DNA of 64,000 bases from a virus, in the IMG/VR virus record IMGVR_UViG_2925639251_000002; one strand, 5' to 3'. The notes below the pieces were generated by a model. That model saw nothing but the letters and a program-made list of their open reading frames with translations. It had not been told where the DNA came from and made no database searches. Within the stretch, counting starts at the first letter, position 1, and each line of letters starts with the position of its first letter. The position numbers and the translations under genes are program-made. Shown in pieces: positions 46,777 to 56,840 of this stretch.

Positions 46777-48297
46777 TTAAATAGGATTGTCATTACCGTT
46801 GGATGTGGCGGACTTCACTGTGTTGTCGTTGTTTTTATTTCCTTCATTTGGGCGACCTGATTTATTCCCAGTGAAGGTATATGAAGTTTGATAAGGTCTA
46901 ATTTTTTCTTGGAGTTTCAGTTCTTCGGTTTCATATAGAGTTTGTTCAAGGTAACTTTCCCAAGACACTCCTGCCAAATTATCAACAACGTGTTTAATAG
47001 ACCAGCCCTTATCATTTAATTTAATTAAGATGTCCATTTTTTCTTTAAGAGTGAGCGGCTTGTCTTTATCGTAATTCATATAGTAATTGTCTTTTTGGGC
47101 AGCAGGCAAAATAAGGTTGAATAGCTTTTGATAAACCTCTTGTTCAATATCTTCCATTAAAACGCCAATACGCTTATAAAATGTATCCAAGTTTAATGAC
47201 GAAGTTGCGTAATTACCTCCATCACCATTTAGAAGGGAGCCGGATAAGCCGTAAGCAGATTGAATGTCGCTATTGATATGGTCAAATTTTGCTCCATCTA
47301 ATCCATCTGCTTTAACATCTGGAAAGTTGATATCAGCAAAGTCAGGGATTGATACTACAGTTACTCCATCTTTTTGGTTCTTTTCTAAAGCTGCTTTAAC
47401 CCCACCGTGAATTTTTTGTTTAACTGCTTTAGGCAGCTTCATGTTTGTGTATTCGCCATTACCTTTATCTGTTCCAATCGTTAGAACTGCAACAGCGTTA
47501 ATAATTTTATTTGCAATCGATCTTTCAACATCTTTAAGTTTCTTTTTATGGAGAACGTCATATAGACCTGGGGTAACCCAAGATGTTCCCAATCCTTGAT
47601 TTCTTTTTAGCGTCCCTGTGCGTAGTGGAAAAGTTCTTTCTTGTGGCAATTCCTTAAATCGATATTTCTCTCGATCTTTCATGAAGTTTTCATAATCGCT
47701 TTGTTTAATATAAGGGGAGAGGCTTTTTAACAATTCATTTCTGTGATCATCTTTATACTTAGTGAACAGCTCCATGTCAACTACACATACCCAGTCTCCA
47801 TTTCTTCTGAAGGAGGGGAATACATATTTAATTTCATCAAAAATAAACGGATAGGGATTCTTAGCATCCCCAAGCCATATACCAACAAGAGTGCCAGCTG
47901 TAGCTACCTGTTTTAACAGATCCCTAGTAAGTCTTTTATGTTTGACCTTATGTAAGGATTTATTCAAAAGGGAAATGTGCTTATCTGAAGACTTAACTTT
48001 ATTAAAGGAGTCAATTTTATAGTTGAGGGTCGGGAGGGCTTCAATCAATTCAAACAATTGGTGAATCTCTGCAGTCGAAATGTAAAAATACTCAGCAAGA
48101 TCTTCAATTTCTTCTTGAAATTCATCGGGGTTAGAAAAATAATTCTTTAATTGTTCGGCTTCAATTTCCGTAACAATGCCATTGGAAAACATATTTGAGA
48201 TAAAGCCGGAAGCAAATGTAGAAGTATAAGTTGAATAGTCATTCAGCATTTGCTTATACTCTTCAGACTCAATGTCAACTTTATTTAAGGTTACCAT
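46777..48297 (-). CDS. yonE: Portal protein
   Basis: 506 aa; directly after the terminase. Confidence 0.8.
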   Translation of the reverse strand: MVTLNKVDIESEEYKQMLNDYSTYTSTFASGFISNMFSNGIVTEIEAEQLKNYFSNPDEFQEEIEDLAEYFYISTAEIHQLFELIEALPTLNYKIDSFNKVKSSDKHISLLNKSLHKVKHKRLTRDLLKQVATAGTLVGIWLGDAKNPYPFIFDEIKYVFPSFRRNGDWVCVVDMELFTKYKDDHRNELLKSLSPYIKQSDYENFMKDREKYRFKELPQERTFPLRTGTLKRNQGLGTSWVTPGLYDVLHKKKLKDVERSIANKIINAVAVLTIGTDKGNGEYTNMKLPKAVKQKIHGGVKAALEKNQKDGVTVVSIPDFADINFPDVKADGLDGAKFDHINSDIQSAYGLSGSLLNGDGGNYATSSLNLDTFYKRIGVLMEDIEQEVYQKLFNLILPAAQKDNYYMNYDKDKPLTLKEKMDILIKLNDKGWSIKHVVDNLAGVSWESYLEQTLYETEELKLQEKIRPYQTSYTFTGNKSGRPNEGNKNNDNTVKSATSNGNDNPI

Positions 48298-48314
48298 GTT
48301 TCACCTCATTTCTT

Positions 48315-50084
48315 TTAAAAATAGACTAGTTCATCTTCAACGTCATATTCAGTTTGTTTGTTTAACTGTCTTTCTAATACAGTAGCAATATAGTTGCCAT
48401 AAGCCACTGAGCTATATCTGTCTTTTCGTTTACTCTTTGGCTCTTTAAGCTTAACTTGTCCGTTATCGCTATATTCAGCTTCCAAGTTGATCATTTCATT
48501 TATCAGGAGGGTAATCTGAGCATAGCTTGAAAGGAATTTTCCTTTAACTTCAGGAGATAACCCTTCATAGCCTTTAAATCTTTTCAGATATTCTTTTCCT
48601 TCATTTTCGTTGATAGGAATTTTGATTTTTCCTCGTTTGAATCCATCTTTGAGTAATACAGCAATTTCGCTGTTTAATTGTGCATTACCTTTAATGCTAT
48701 AAATTACTTTTTCGGCATTTTGATAAGTACAACGCTCAGCCATTCTTTCATCGTTAATACATGAAAATGGCTCATATTCTTTTGCGCGTTCTTTATCATA
48801 TAAAGGCTGGCATAAAGCATCATACACACCAAGTCCGATACTTTGAGTATCTAATACAATATAATCGCAATCATAATCTTCGTATATTTGTCGAATTCTT
48901 GTTGCTTGAGTTCCTGTGTGACCGCCTACGATGCTCTCCATGTATACAATATGACGATCATATCCATTGGAGTTTGGAATCAGTCTGAATACAGTGTAAA
49001 CACTGGCATCATTATCCTTACCGGCCATTCCAGCGATATCATTGCTTACCAGTCTAATTTCTCCTGGTTTCTTGCCTTCATATTTAAAGTTGGAATCCTT
49101 GATTAGACTGTAATAGTCAGGAGGGAAGAGGGGAGAAGCAAGTTTGCGGTTCTTTTCAATGTCTTCAAATTTAAAATAGGCTTTTTCAGATTCACCAAAC
49201 CAGAGAGCTTCCATTTCCATAGACCAACCGATAGGATCAAAGTCTTCTTCGGCCATTTCATCTCTAACCTGATCTTTATCCAAAAGGCCTTCTTTAATTG
49301 CGATCTGATAAGGGAGACCGCACACAAAATATTTTGATCCTTTCATCATGGCATTGTAGTAAGTTATGAATCTGTTAAATGACCAATGAACCTTGTACCA
49401 GCAGGAAGACAAGTAAATTTCTTTGTTTCGTTCTTTTAAGTGAGCGTATTCTTCTTTTTCAAGATATTTAGGAGAACGGGGAGCTGTCAGGAATTTTCGA
49501 AGTACTTTACTGATGATTTCAAAATCAACCATTCTGAATTCATCTACAATAAGGAGGTTTGCACGCTTAGAGCGGGCGCCATCATTTGAGGCTACGATTT
49601 TAATCCAGCTGCCATTATGAAACTCCACTTTAGCATCATTTGTTGAGGTTTTTAAATCTTCAATTTCTCGCCTTAAATTAGGTGATTCTTTGCGTAAGTC
49701 ATCAATTTTCTCTATGACTTCACGAGCCTGTCCCTTTGTGCCCGATGCGATAACTATTTTAGTACCTGGGAAGAGTATGGCTTGCACACAGCAGTATACA
49801 GAGGTTAACCAAGTTTTACCCTGCCCACGACTGGCCAAGTACATAAAATAATGGTTATGTACCATCATGTAAATTAAAATACATTGAAACAATTTAAGGG
49901 TAATACCCAAGTATTCTTTTACAAAACGATGTGGGTTTGCTCTATAGAAAGAAGTCCATGCGCCGATACCATCCATTAATCGTTCGGATTTTGATTTCTT
50001 TTTAAAGTTGTTTCCCTTTTTAAAAATATTGATTCCTCGACTGTGCTTGTTGCGATCTGTTGTAAAATTTTTATGTGAGGTCAT
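48315..50084 (-). CDS. yonF: Terminase large subunit
   Basis: ASRGQGKT Walker A; LIVDE Walker B; KDRYSS nuclease motif; 589 aa. Confidence 0.92.
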   Translation of the reverse strand: MTSHKNFTTDRNKHSRGINIFKKGNNFKKKSKSERLMDGIGAWTSFYRANPHRFVKEYLGITLKLFQCILIYMMVHNHYFMYLASRGQGKTWLTSVYCCVQAILFPGTKIVIASGTKGQAREVIEKIDDLRKESPNLRREIEDLKTSTNDAKVEFHNGSWIKIVASNDGARSKRANLLIVDEFRMVDFEIISKVLRKFLTAPRSPKYLEKEEYAHLKERNKEIYLSSCWYKVHWSFNRFITYYNAMMKGSKYFVCGLPYQIAIKEGLLDKDQVRDEMAEEDFDPIGWSMEMEALWFGESEKAYFKFEDIEKNRKLASPLFPPDYYSLIKDSNFKYEGKKPGEIRLVSNDIAGMAGKDNDASVYTVFRLIPNSNGYDRHIVYMESIVGGHTGTQATRIRQIYEDYDCDYIVLDTQSIGLGVYDALCQPLYDKERAKEYEPFSCINDERMAERCTYQNAEKVIYSIKGNAQLNSEIAVLLKDGFKRGKIKIPINENEGKEYLKRFKGYEGLSPEVKGKFLSSYAQITLLINEMINLEAEYSDNGQVKLKEPKSKRKDRYSSVAYGNYIATVLERQLNKQTEYDVEDELVYF

Positions 50085-50991
50085 TTTCTCGATCCTCTTC
50101 TTCTGCAACTGGTTCTTCAACAGTATGCTTATTCATTTCTTCCCAATATTCCTCTGAATATTGATTTTTCAAACCAAGCATTCGGGACAGATGCCCAAGG
50201 AAAAATACCTTAATGTATTTCCCGATTTTATCAGGATCTTTCCACCTCGGCTCCGGCTCAGGAATAGGTCTCTCATTCTCATATTTTTTGATCAGAGTGC
50301 CAAAAGACTCTTGTTCAACTCCACTTGCTCCAGTTTCTTGAACAGGTTTTAAATTACTTGATCCAAGTAAATCTTGAAGAGTTTTTTGTTGCTGATCGAC
50401 TTTTTCACCATTTTCCCGCCGTTTGCGTATATCTAACCGAGTCAAACATATTTCATTTATAAGAAGTTCCATTCCCTTAGAGTCGCATTCATACCTATTC
50501 GTGAAGTCAATGTACTCATTCTGAAGCCAAATGTAATCTTCAACATCAAGACCACGACCCCAGAATTGCATTAATTCATCTATGTCTTCCTTAGATATAT
50601 CTTCTGTACTTTTAGCTAGTAACAATTGTGTTGTGTATTCTTGTTCTTCTTCAAAGTCAAACTCACTGTCTGCCCAAGTTTTTGACTTGTAATCTTTCAT
50701 TCCGATATTTTTCATATACGTACCTAACACATTTCCAGCTGATTTTTTCTTGGACTCTGATTCATTAACAGCGGAAACCCATAAGTCGTAAACAAATGGA
50801 CGATCAATCATTCTCAAGATGTTTTGCACATTCTTTAAGTTATCTTTGTCTTTTTGGAATTCATTTTGGAGACAGCTTTTACATACTGACAGCTTGCCGG
50901 TTGCAGAATTGAAAGGAGATTCCGAGATATAATATTGATTGGCATTTTGTTCTTTGCCGCAGCATGAGCATTTTATTTTTTCTGCAGACAT
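50071..50991 (-). CDS. yonG: Zn-finger protein, possible small terminase
   Basis: CSCC and CKSC; overlaps the yonF start. Confidence 0.7.
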   Translation of the reverse strand: MSAEKIKCSCCGKEQNANQYYISESPFNSATGKLSVCKSCLQNEFQKDKDNLKNVQNILRMIDRPFVYDLWVSAVNESESKKKSAGNVLGTYMKNIGMKDYKSKTWADSEFDFEEEQEYTTQLLLAKSTEDISKEDIDELMQFWGRGLDVEDYIWLQNEYIDFTNRYECDSKGMELLINEICLTRLDIRKRRENGEKVDQQQKTLQDLLGSSNLKPVQETGASGVEQESFGTLIKKYENERPIPEPEPRWKDPDKIGKYIKVFFLGHLSRMLGLKNQYSEEYWEEMNKHTVEEPVAEEEDRENDLT

Positions 50992-51091
50992 ATTTCACCT
51001 CCAAAGTTGATGTAAACACATTTTATAAAACGCCCAGCAATAGAGCGGAAGGGGAGTACCGCAATCATCTCTGGGCGTTCTAAAAAGGTGC

Positions 51092-51616
51092 TTAAACTAA
51101 AGAAGAGAGGATTTCATCGTGATGAAACCCTCCTTTGATCGCAATTCCTAATTTTTTAATTGTTTTGAGTTGATCTTTATTAACAGTACAGTCAATATAG
51201 ACGCCATTCGGAAAATGATTACCTTCTAAATAATTGGCTGAGAAAATAGTACAACTAATTCCTTTTTCTTTAGCCAAGTCTTTATAAATCTCTTTATGTG
51301 CACCTACAAGTAAAGGGATATTATTCTCTTGTGATAACCTAAGAAGAAGAGTTGTTTTGCCTTTACCTCTCTGAGAATCATTTACCAGAAGAACCTTAGG
51401 TGCATTTTTATGGAATTTTTCTTGTAGTGATTTATCAACGTCATTAAATACAAATTTCATTCGCTTGAATGGAGGTTCGATTTTATCTCCAAAAATAGTT
51501 AAATGAATAGCTTCTAATACTCGCTTAATCTCAGCATCACATTTGTATCCAGACTGTTTTAACTCTGAGAGAGTTTCTAAGTGCTTATTCAGATATTTAA
51601 AGTCTTCATTCGTCAT
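51092..51616 (-). CDS. yonH: P-loop-containing protein, YonH-like
   Basis: RGKGKTT motif; synteny. Confidence 0.6.
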   Translation of the reverse strand: MTNEDFKYLNKHLETLSELKQSGYKCDAEIKRVLEAIHLTIFGDKIEPPFKRMKFVFNDVDKSLQEKFHKNAPKVLLVNDSQRGKGKTTLLLRLSQENNIPLLVGAHKEIYKDLAKEKGISCTIFSANYLEGNHFPNGVYIDCTVNKDQLKTIKKLGIAIKGGFHHDEILSSLV

Positions 51617-51720
51617 TTTCTTCTTCATCCTCAAACGGTCGTTTTTTGTATTACTTTAATAAACCTTTTTGTAGTCAGCTATTAATGTGACTCCAATCTA
51701 AATAAAATTAAAGTTTTATA

Positions 51721-51816
51721 TCAATTAACAATTAAATTTACTAGAGTGTTCTTGCTTTCAGGGGACAGGTTGTCCCACTGTTCTGCTAATATTCCTATAA
51801 ATTCATTGGCAGACAT
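51721..51816 (-). CDS. 31-aa unannotated peptide
   Basis: AAGGGG RBS right after the yonJ stop; MSANEFIGILAEQWDNLSPESKNTLVNLIVN. Confidence 0.6.
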   Translation of the reverse strand: MSANEFIGILAEQWDNLSPESKNTLVNLIVN

Positions 51817-51828
51817 AGAATCATCCCT

Positions 51829-53028
51829 TTACTTTTCATTTTTAAAGCGAATAATGTAAGTAGCCTCAATACCATTATCATCAAAGACCATAAACTTTTG
51901 AGACGGTTTCGTGCCAAAGCGACCTTGCATAGCATAATCATCAGCGCCAACAAGCGCTCCATTTACAACAACTGTTGTGCTGCCATATTCTTTTTCATAG
52001 TTGTGATGAATATGACCACCGAATATGTAAGAAGGGATATAGCCAAGTAATTGAGGTAGGCGGGTTACGCATTGATCAACACGATCATAGTGACCGTGGA
52101 CAAACACGACTTCTTGATTGTTGATTTTAGCGGGGATAAAACCATCTTGTTCCGGTTCGATGGAAATGTTTTTAATATCTCTTAATCTAGCTTCGAGATA
52201 CCAATTAATGAGGTATTCAAAGTTTTCTTTAATCCCTACATCATTTTTAGAAGGGGAGAGGCGACCATGATTCCCTGCCACGTTGTAGAACTTAACCTCT
52301 TGAAACTCACTTGCTAACATAGCTAACACCTCAGCAAGCGTTTCTGACACATATTTAATTTGCTCTACAGCATCTTCATTAGCCTGAACTCTTGTTGAAA
52401 CATGTATAAGACCTCCAATTAAATCGCCAAGATTTGCAACATGTAATGTGGAGACATGATTCTTCTTTCCATACTCAATTACTTTGTTTGTGAGATGTTC
52501 AACTCGTTCATCGAATATTTCTTTATTGAACTTATTGATGCGGTTATCGATTTCCATTCCGAAGTGCCAGTCACTGAATAAAGCAAGCCCATGCTTTTCA
52601 GCTGCAGCAGGGAGGGGGAAAGTGAAACGAAGAGGTCTTTTTGATTCTAAATTAACAATAGCTTGGACTACATCATCCTTGATTTGTTCAAAGCGAGCTT
52701 GATTCGCTATACTTTTTCTATATTCTCTTTTTTGGTCACGAGTTCTAATCTTTTCTTTTTCAGATTGTAGTCGCACTTCCTCGTATTTCTTAAGAATTTC
52801 TTCATCCAAATTCTTGGACATTATGTAATCATTCCAACGTTCATATTGCTTAAAATCTTTGCGCCATTTACTCTCATCATAATTTGTACCTTGATCTTTG
52901 TTTAAAAGAGCGGCAATGGTTTTAGTATCAATGTGATAAGTATCTTTATTTTTAAAAAGTCGGATGTGGTAGTCGGTAAAGGATTCTTCCTTTTCACGGT
53001 GCAACACAGGGTTTAAAATAGCTGTCAT
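51829..53028 (-). CDS. yonJ: Calcineurin-like metallophosphoesterase
   Basis: SDWH, LGD, GNHG, HGH, GHIH motifs. Confidence 0.85.
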   Translation of the reverse strand: MTAILNPVLHREKEESFTDYHIRLFKNKDTYHIDTKTIAALLNKDQGTNYDESKWRKDFKQYERWNDYIMSKNLDEEILKKYEEVRLQSEKEKIRTRDQKREYRKSIANQARFEQIKDDVVQAIVNLESKRPLRFTFPLPAAAEKHGLALFSDWHFGMEIDNRINKFNKEIFDERVEHLTNKVIEYGKKNHVSTLHVANLGDLIGGLIHVSTRVQANEDAVEQIKYVSETLAEVLAMLASEFQEVKFYNVAGNHGRLSPSKNDVGIKENFEYLINWYLEARLRDIKNISIEPEQDGFIPAKINNQEVVFVHGHYDRVDQCVTRLPQLLGYIPSYIFGGHIHHNYEKEYGSTTVVVNGALVGADDYAMQGRFGTKPSQKFMVFDDNGIEATYIIRFKNEK

Positions 53029-53039
53029 TTAGTCACCGC

Positions 53040-53249
53040 CTACTCAGAGAGTCCTTCAGTTTCTTGAGGCACAACTTCACTGTCGCTTTTTAAAGTGAAA
53101 TCAATCGGTTCTGTTTTGCTTTCAATTTCTCTTAAGTACTTAGATAATGAGTGGATATGTATCCCATCATTTTTATACTCAATAATTTGATCTTCATCAA
53201 CGTTCACAGTGCATTTTTTAAAAGAATATTCTTTCTTACCTTTAGCCAA
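53040..53249 (-). CDS. yonK: YonK-family protein
   Basis: GGAGG RBS; size and synteny. Confidence 0.7.
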   Translation of the reverse strand: MAKGKKEYSFKKCTVNVDEDQIIEYKNDGIHIHSLSKYLREIESKTEPIDFTLKSDSEVVPQETEGLSE

Positions 53250-53283
53250 GACGATTCCTCCAATTATTTGTTTTATTTACGTA

Positions 53284-53402
53284 CAATAAGCTCCTTCGGA
53301 AGCCCGATGATCCGAAGCATCGGTAACATCCGAGAAGGGGACATAAAGGAGATGAAAGATAAGTCGGATAGGCGTTGGGGAAACGCCCGAAGGAGATTAT
53401 TG
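53284..53402 (-). ncRNA. Candidate four-way-junction RNA
   Basis: 15/16 bp closing stem plus three internal hairpins; C(UUCG)G on the minus strand. Confidence 0.55.
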
Positions 53403-53467
53403 ATAGCTTACGTACCGGAAGGCTCGTAAGTACATTCCGGCTGATCGATAAAGTAAAACGCAAGCAC

Positions 53468-53503
53468 AAAAAGACCTCCGCCGTAAGGTGCGGAAGCCTT
53501 TTT
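53468..53503 (-). terminator. Intrinsic terminator-like hairpin
   Basis: AAAAAGGCTTCCGCACC-TTAC-GGCGGAGGTCTTTTTG on the minus strand. Confidence 0.65.
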
Positions 53504-53741
53504 CTGACTGCTTTCAGATTGAGAAAGAATGCGTATAGCATTAATCCTCCAGCTAATGGAATATTTGAATTAGGTCATAACCCTCGTCTTCCAACGGTTT
53601 TAATTAACCCATCTCACCTACATCAGTAACTCACGTAGGAACGTAAGCCTTCGGATTGACAGGGAAATCTGAAAAAAACAAAAGGCGTCATAATGACGTC
53701 TTCAGGAACTCCTTGTACAGCATGGCACATGAGTTAAATTA

Positions 53742-53936
53742 TTGGAACAACAGAGAACAGAGTATATTTTTGATTAAAATATCACTAATAAAGGTTTGCG
53801 TCCGTAAACTCGTAAATCTCGTAATTCGTAAGCTGTAAAACGTAATCCGTCTCCAACCTAGGAAATAAATGAGTTTTGGTATTACAGTTTAGATACGCTC
53901 TAAACTAAAGCGGCTTTCTACTTCTCTGTTGTCCAA
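53742..53936 (-). ncRNA. Candidate stem-closed RNA with six UUACR repeats
   Basis: 15 bp terminal inverted repeat with one bulge; repeats at 53803-53845. Confidence 0.55.
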
Positions 53937-54009
53937 GCTGGGTAGTTTTACACCCAGCTATCAAGATAAAAGTGATTTTACCCTCATAGCTAAGTTAAAA
54001 CCTTAGCTT

Positions 54010-54525
54010 TTATAAATACTTATCTGCAGCTTCAAACTCAATTTCATAATTATGATTAGCTTTTTCAATAGAGTTTGAAAGACGATTAGCCATTCTTTCT
54101 AACTTTAATCCTTTAGCTTGCATTTTATCAGGATCAAACAAGGCTTCACGATAACTAATAACATCAGAATAAGAATTTACTCGTTCAGTTTTCTGAGAAC
54201 GACCGTAGCTTTTGAGTTTATTCGCTTCGCCTCTAAGTTGCTGTGCTAATTCAAGCGCTTCTGTGATCGATAATTCCTTTTCATCCCACAAAACTTTTGC
54301 ATCCAGGTTGGCTTTAGCTATTAGTACTACCAATTCACGATAATCTTTTTTAGTCGATTCTAGCTCAGCTGTGATTTGGTCTACAGTTTTTGTTGGTTTT
54401 GTATATTTTTCATCCTTATCATGCTCAACATATGCAACACTATCTCGTTCCTGTAAAAGTTCCTGAATACGTTTTGAGATTGCATTTCTTAAAGGTAAAG
54501 CTTCAAATAAAGCGATTTTTGACAT
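54010..54525 (-). CDS. DIP1984/septicolysin-like (DUF6847) coiled-coil protein
   Basis: LFEALPLRNAISKRIQEL...SITEAL...LSNSIEKANHNYEI pattern; AAGGAG RBS. Confidence 0.7.
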   Translation of the reverse strand: MSKIALFEALPLRNAISKRIQELLQERDSVAYVEHDKDEKYTKPTKTVDQITAELESTKKDYRELVVLIAKANLDAKVLWDEKELSITEALELAQQLRGEANKLKSYGRSQKTERVNSYSDVISYREALFDPDKMQAKGLKLERMANRLSNSIEKANHNYEIEFEAADKYL

Positions 54526-55501
54526 TTATTATCTTCTCCTTTAGACATACATCTTTTATATTCTAATAGATTCTTAAATAAATTGCCAATAAAACAAATT
54601 TTATACTTAGTTTTAATCAAAACATTTGAAAAGGTAAGACCCATATAACCCTTTTCAGAGACATTCCTATCTTTTCTTGTCAGGTCACACACCTTATCTA
54701 CATACAATGCGTGTAGATCGCAAGTCTCTTATTTTGCACAGTTTTCTCTGACTCGTGTAAGGAGGTATGTGCATGGGAAAGGTAAGTTTCTTGAAGGAAA
54801 AGTAGCGAATAAATAGCGAATATGTTACTAAGTGAAAATGAAAAGGCAAGACCGAAAATAATCCTTTTCTGTGAAATGGGAGCGGTGAGCAAGCGCCCAA
54901 AAACCATTTCACTTATTTTACGAGGGTATGTAATTACAAAGCCTCGCTAACCCGGAAAAATTTTTATGTGGCCGCATAATAAGCATCAAAGCTTACAAGG
55001 GCATTATTTAAAGGGAAGGGAGACGCATCTACCTTACCTAAGTGCAAGCCGAAGCAATACACCGCAATTAATATTCAGGCTATATGCCACCCATAATAAG
55101 ACCCTGATGGGATTCAGTCGCAATTTGCAATAATGCGTTAAGTCTTATCGGCATATTTAGCCCGATAATAGCCATTTACCTGTCTCTTTTAGATACAGAC
55201 ATTCGAGTTAACCTGAACCCTCATAAATGACCATTATCCGACTAACTACAATGACCAGTTGTAGCTGTAAAGTCGAATTTAATGCTTTTGTTCGTATGAA
55301 AGAGAGAATAGACATGTTTAGAAAAAGCTTCATCCACGATGGGGCAATACCCCGCTAATATCCACTTATCCGAAATCCTGGCATTCCACGTCCTCAAACA
55401 AATGAATATTAGCGGAGAACTGATATCCCACATATCAGTAAACAGCTTATTATTGACGACACCCCCATGCCATCAATAAAAGAACTCTAATTAACCAGGA
55501 G

Positions 55502-55620
55502 ATGAATGCGGGCGAGGATTTGCACCTCGCATACAAACTTTGTTGTTTGGGTGTACACCCTGCTCCCTTTGTTTGCGTAACGGGCTTATCCGCGTCTACC
55601 TATTCCGCCACCACATTCAT
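55502..55620 (-). ncRNA. tRNA-like element without a canonical anticodon arm
   Basis: Leu-type D arm UGGCGGAAUAGGUAGACGC; T arm GCGAGG-UGCAAAU-CCUCGC; 10 bp closing stem. Confidence 0.65.
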
Positions 55621-55661
55621 AGGTTAAAGAGGGGAGAGATACCAGTCCTTCACTTTATATA

Positions 55662-55937
55662 TTAAGCTTTCACTGCGTCTTTTAGAGCTTTAGCAGCCTT
55701 GAAGGCAGGTGCCTTTGTAGCTGGAATATCAATTTCCTCACCCGATTTTGGATTTCTCCCTTTACGAGCTGCTCGTTCTCGAACTTCAAATGTTCCAACT
55801 CCTGGAATCTTGATTGATTCACCTTTTGTAAGTGTTTCAACAATAACATCAAATACTGCTTCTACTTTTGGCGTAGCTTCTTTCTTAGTAACTCCTAATT
55901 TTTCTGCAATTGCTCCAACAAATTCTGTTTTGTTCAT
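55662..55937 (-). CDS. yonN: HU-like DNA-binding protein
   Basis: MNKTEF...GTFEVRERAARKGRNP. Confidence 0.93.
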   Translation of the reverse strand: MNKTEFVGAIAEKLGVTKKEATPKVEAVFDVIVETLTKGESIKIPGVGTFEVRERAARKGRNPKSGEEIDIPATKAPAFKAAKALKDAVKA

Positions 55938-56189
55938 GTATTAATTCCTCCTAGTGATTTTGTTTATTTTTGTGTTAAAGTATAATTACGGTAACGTTTG
56001 TGATTTTTTGAAAAAACGGGAGACTTACTCACCCTTATATGTGGAAATTAGCTTTCTTTCTCCCTTATGGCGATTATCTCAAAAGGGGCTTCCAGACCAG
56101 TCGCATCAAGGGTTTAAGGCACTTTTTTTGTTGAACTTTTTTCGGTGAAATCGCTGTACCCCTTGGGGGAGTAAGGCTGAAGGGACTTT

Positions 56190-56840
56190 CTATTTTTCTT
56201 CTTTCCTCCATTTATCCCTTTTCCACTTGTTTTTTTGCTTTTGTGCTATTTTCTTTGCACAGGTTGGACAATATTTCGCCTTGTTCGATGCTGATTTGAA
56301 CATCTTACCGCAACTACAGCATCCTCTATAAGTCTTTAAGTTATGTCTTAGATTCTCTAATAGAGTCTGGCCAAAGCACTCCCATAATGTTGATTTAAAT
56401 TTGCTTTTCTTTTTATATAAATGCTTAACCAAAACATCAGAAACATATTGCTCGTCGTTGTGAACCTTCATCAATCTGTCTTTTATAACCTTATAAACAT
56501 AAAGTTTTTGTCCAGGCTTAATGTCTTCATCATTCATCAGCCATTTCTTGTTCTGGTCTAAACGTTTGTATTCACTAATAATTGCATCGTCCACTTTAAT
56601 CTCTTTGTTCTTAAGCAGGAAACGATAATCGAACTTTCCTGCAACAGCTGCGAAATTAATTCGGTCATTAGGAATAATTGAGTCTAACTTATTTACTGTG
56701 CTTTCATTAATTAACTCAACGCTATGTTCTTCTTTATCCTTTGCATTGATGAAGAAGTGGGGCACTTTATTTTTTATGTAATCTTTGATTTTCTCATCAA
56801 CGTGATCAGGGCGGGTGGGCATGAATAAGGTTTTTGCGAA
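56190..56840 (-). CDS. yonO: YonO RNA polymerase, exon 2
   Basis: In-frame continuation [11 protein letters not shown]...; C-terminal Zn finger. Confidence 0.85.
   Translation of the reverse strand, partial: FAKTLFMPTRPDHVDEKIKDYIKNKVPHFFINAKDKEEHSVELINESTVNKLDSIIPNDRINFAAVAGKFDYRFLLKNKEIKVDDAIISEYKRLDQNKKWLMNDEDIKPGQKLYVYKVIKDRLMKVHNDEQYVSDVLVKHLYKKKSKFKSTLWECFGQTLLENLRHNLKTYRGCCSCGKMFKSASNKAKYCPTCAKKIAQKQKNKWKRDKWRKEEK

Noticed and set aside
53742-53936. Retron msr-msd or CRISPR array
   Set aside because: No reverse transcriptase or cas gene in the window; repeats are 5-mers with 2-4 nt spacers
53151-55433. Short track ORFs other than 54010-54525
   Set aside because: No convincing RBS or family signal; they overlap structured elements
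55502-55620. Functional tRNA-Leu
   Set aside because: No 5-bp/7-nt anticodon arm, altered T loop, extended stem and no CCA
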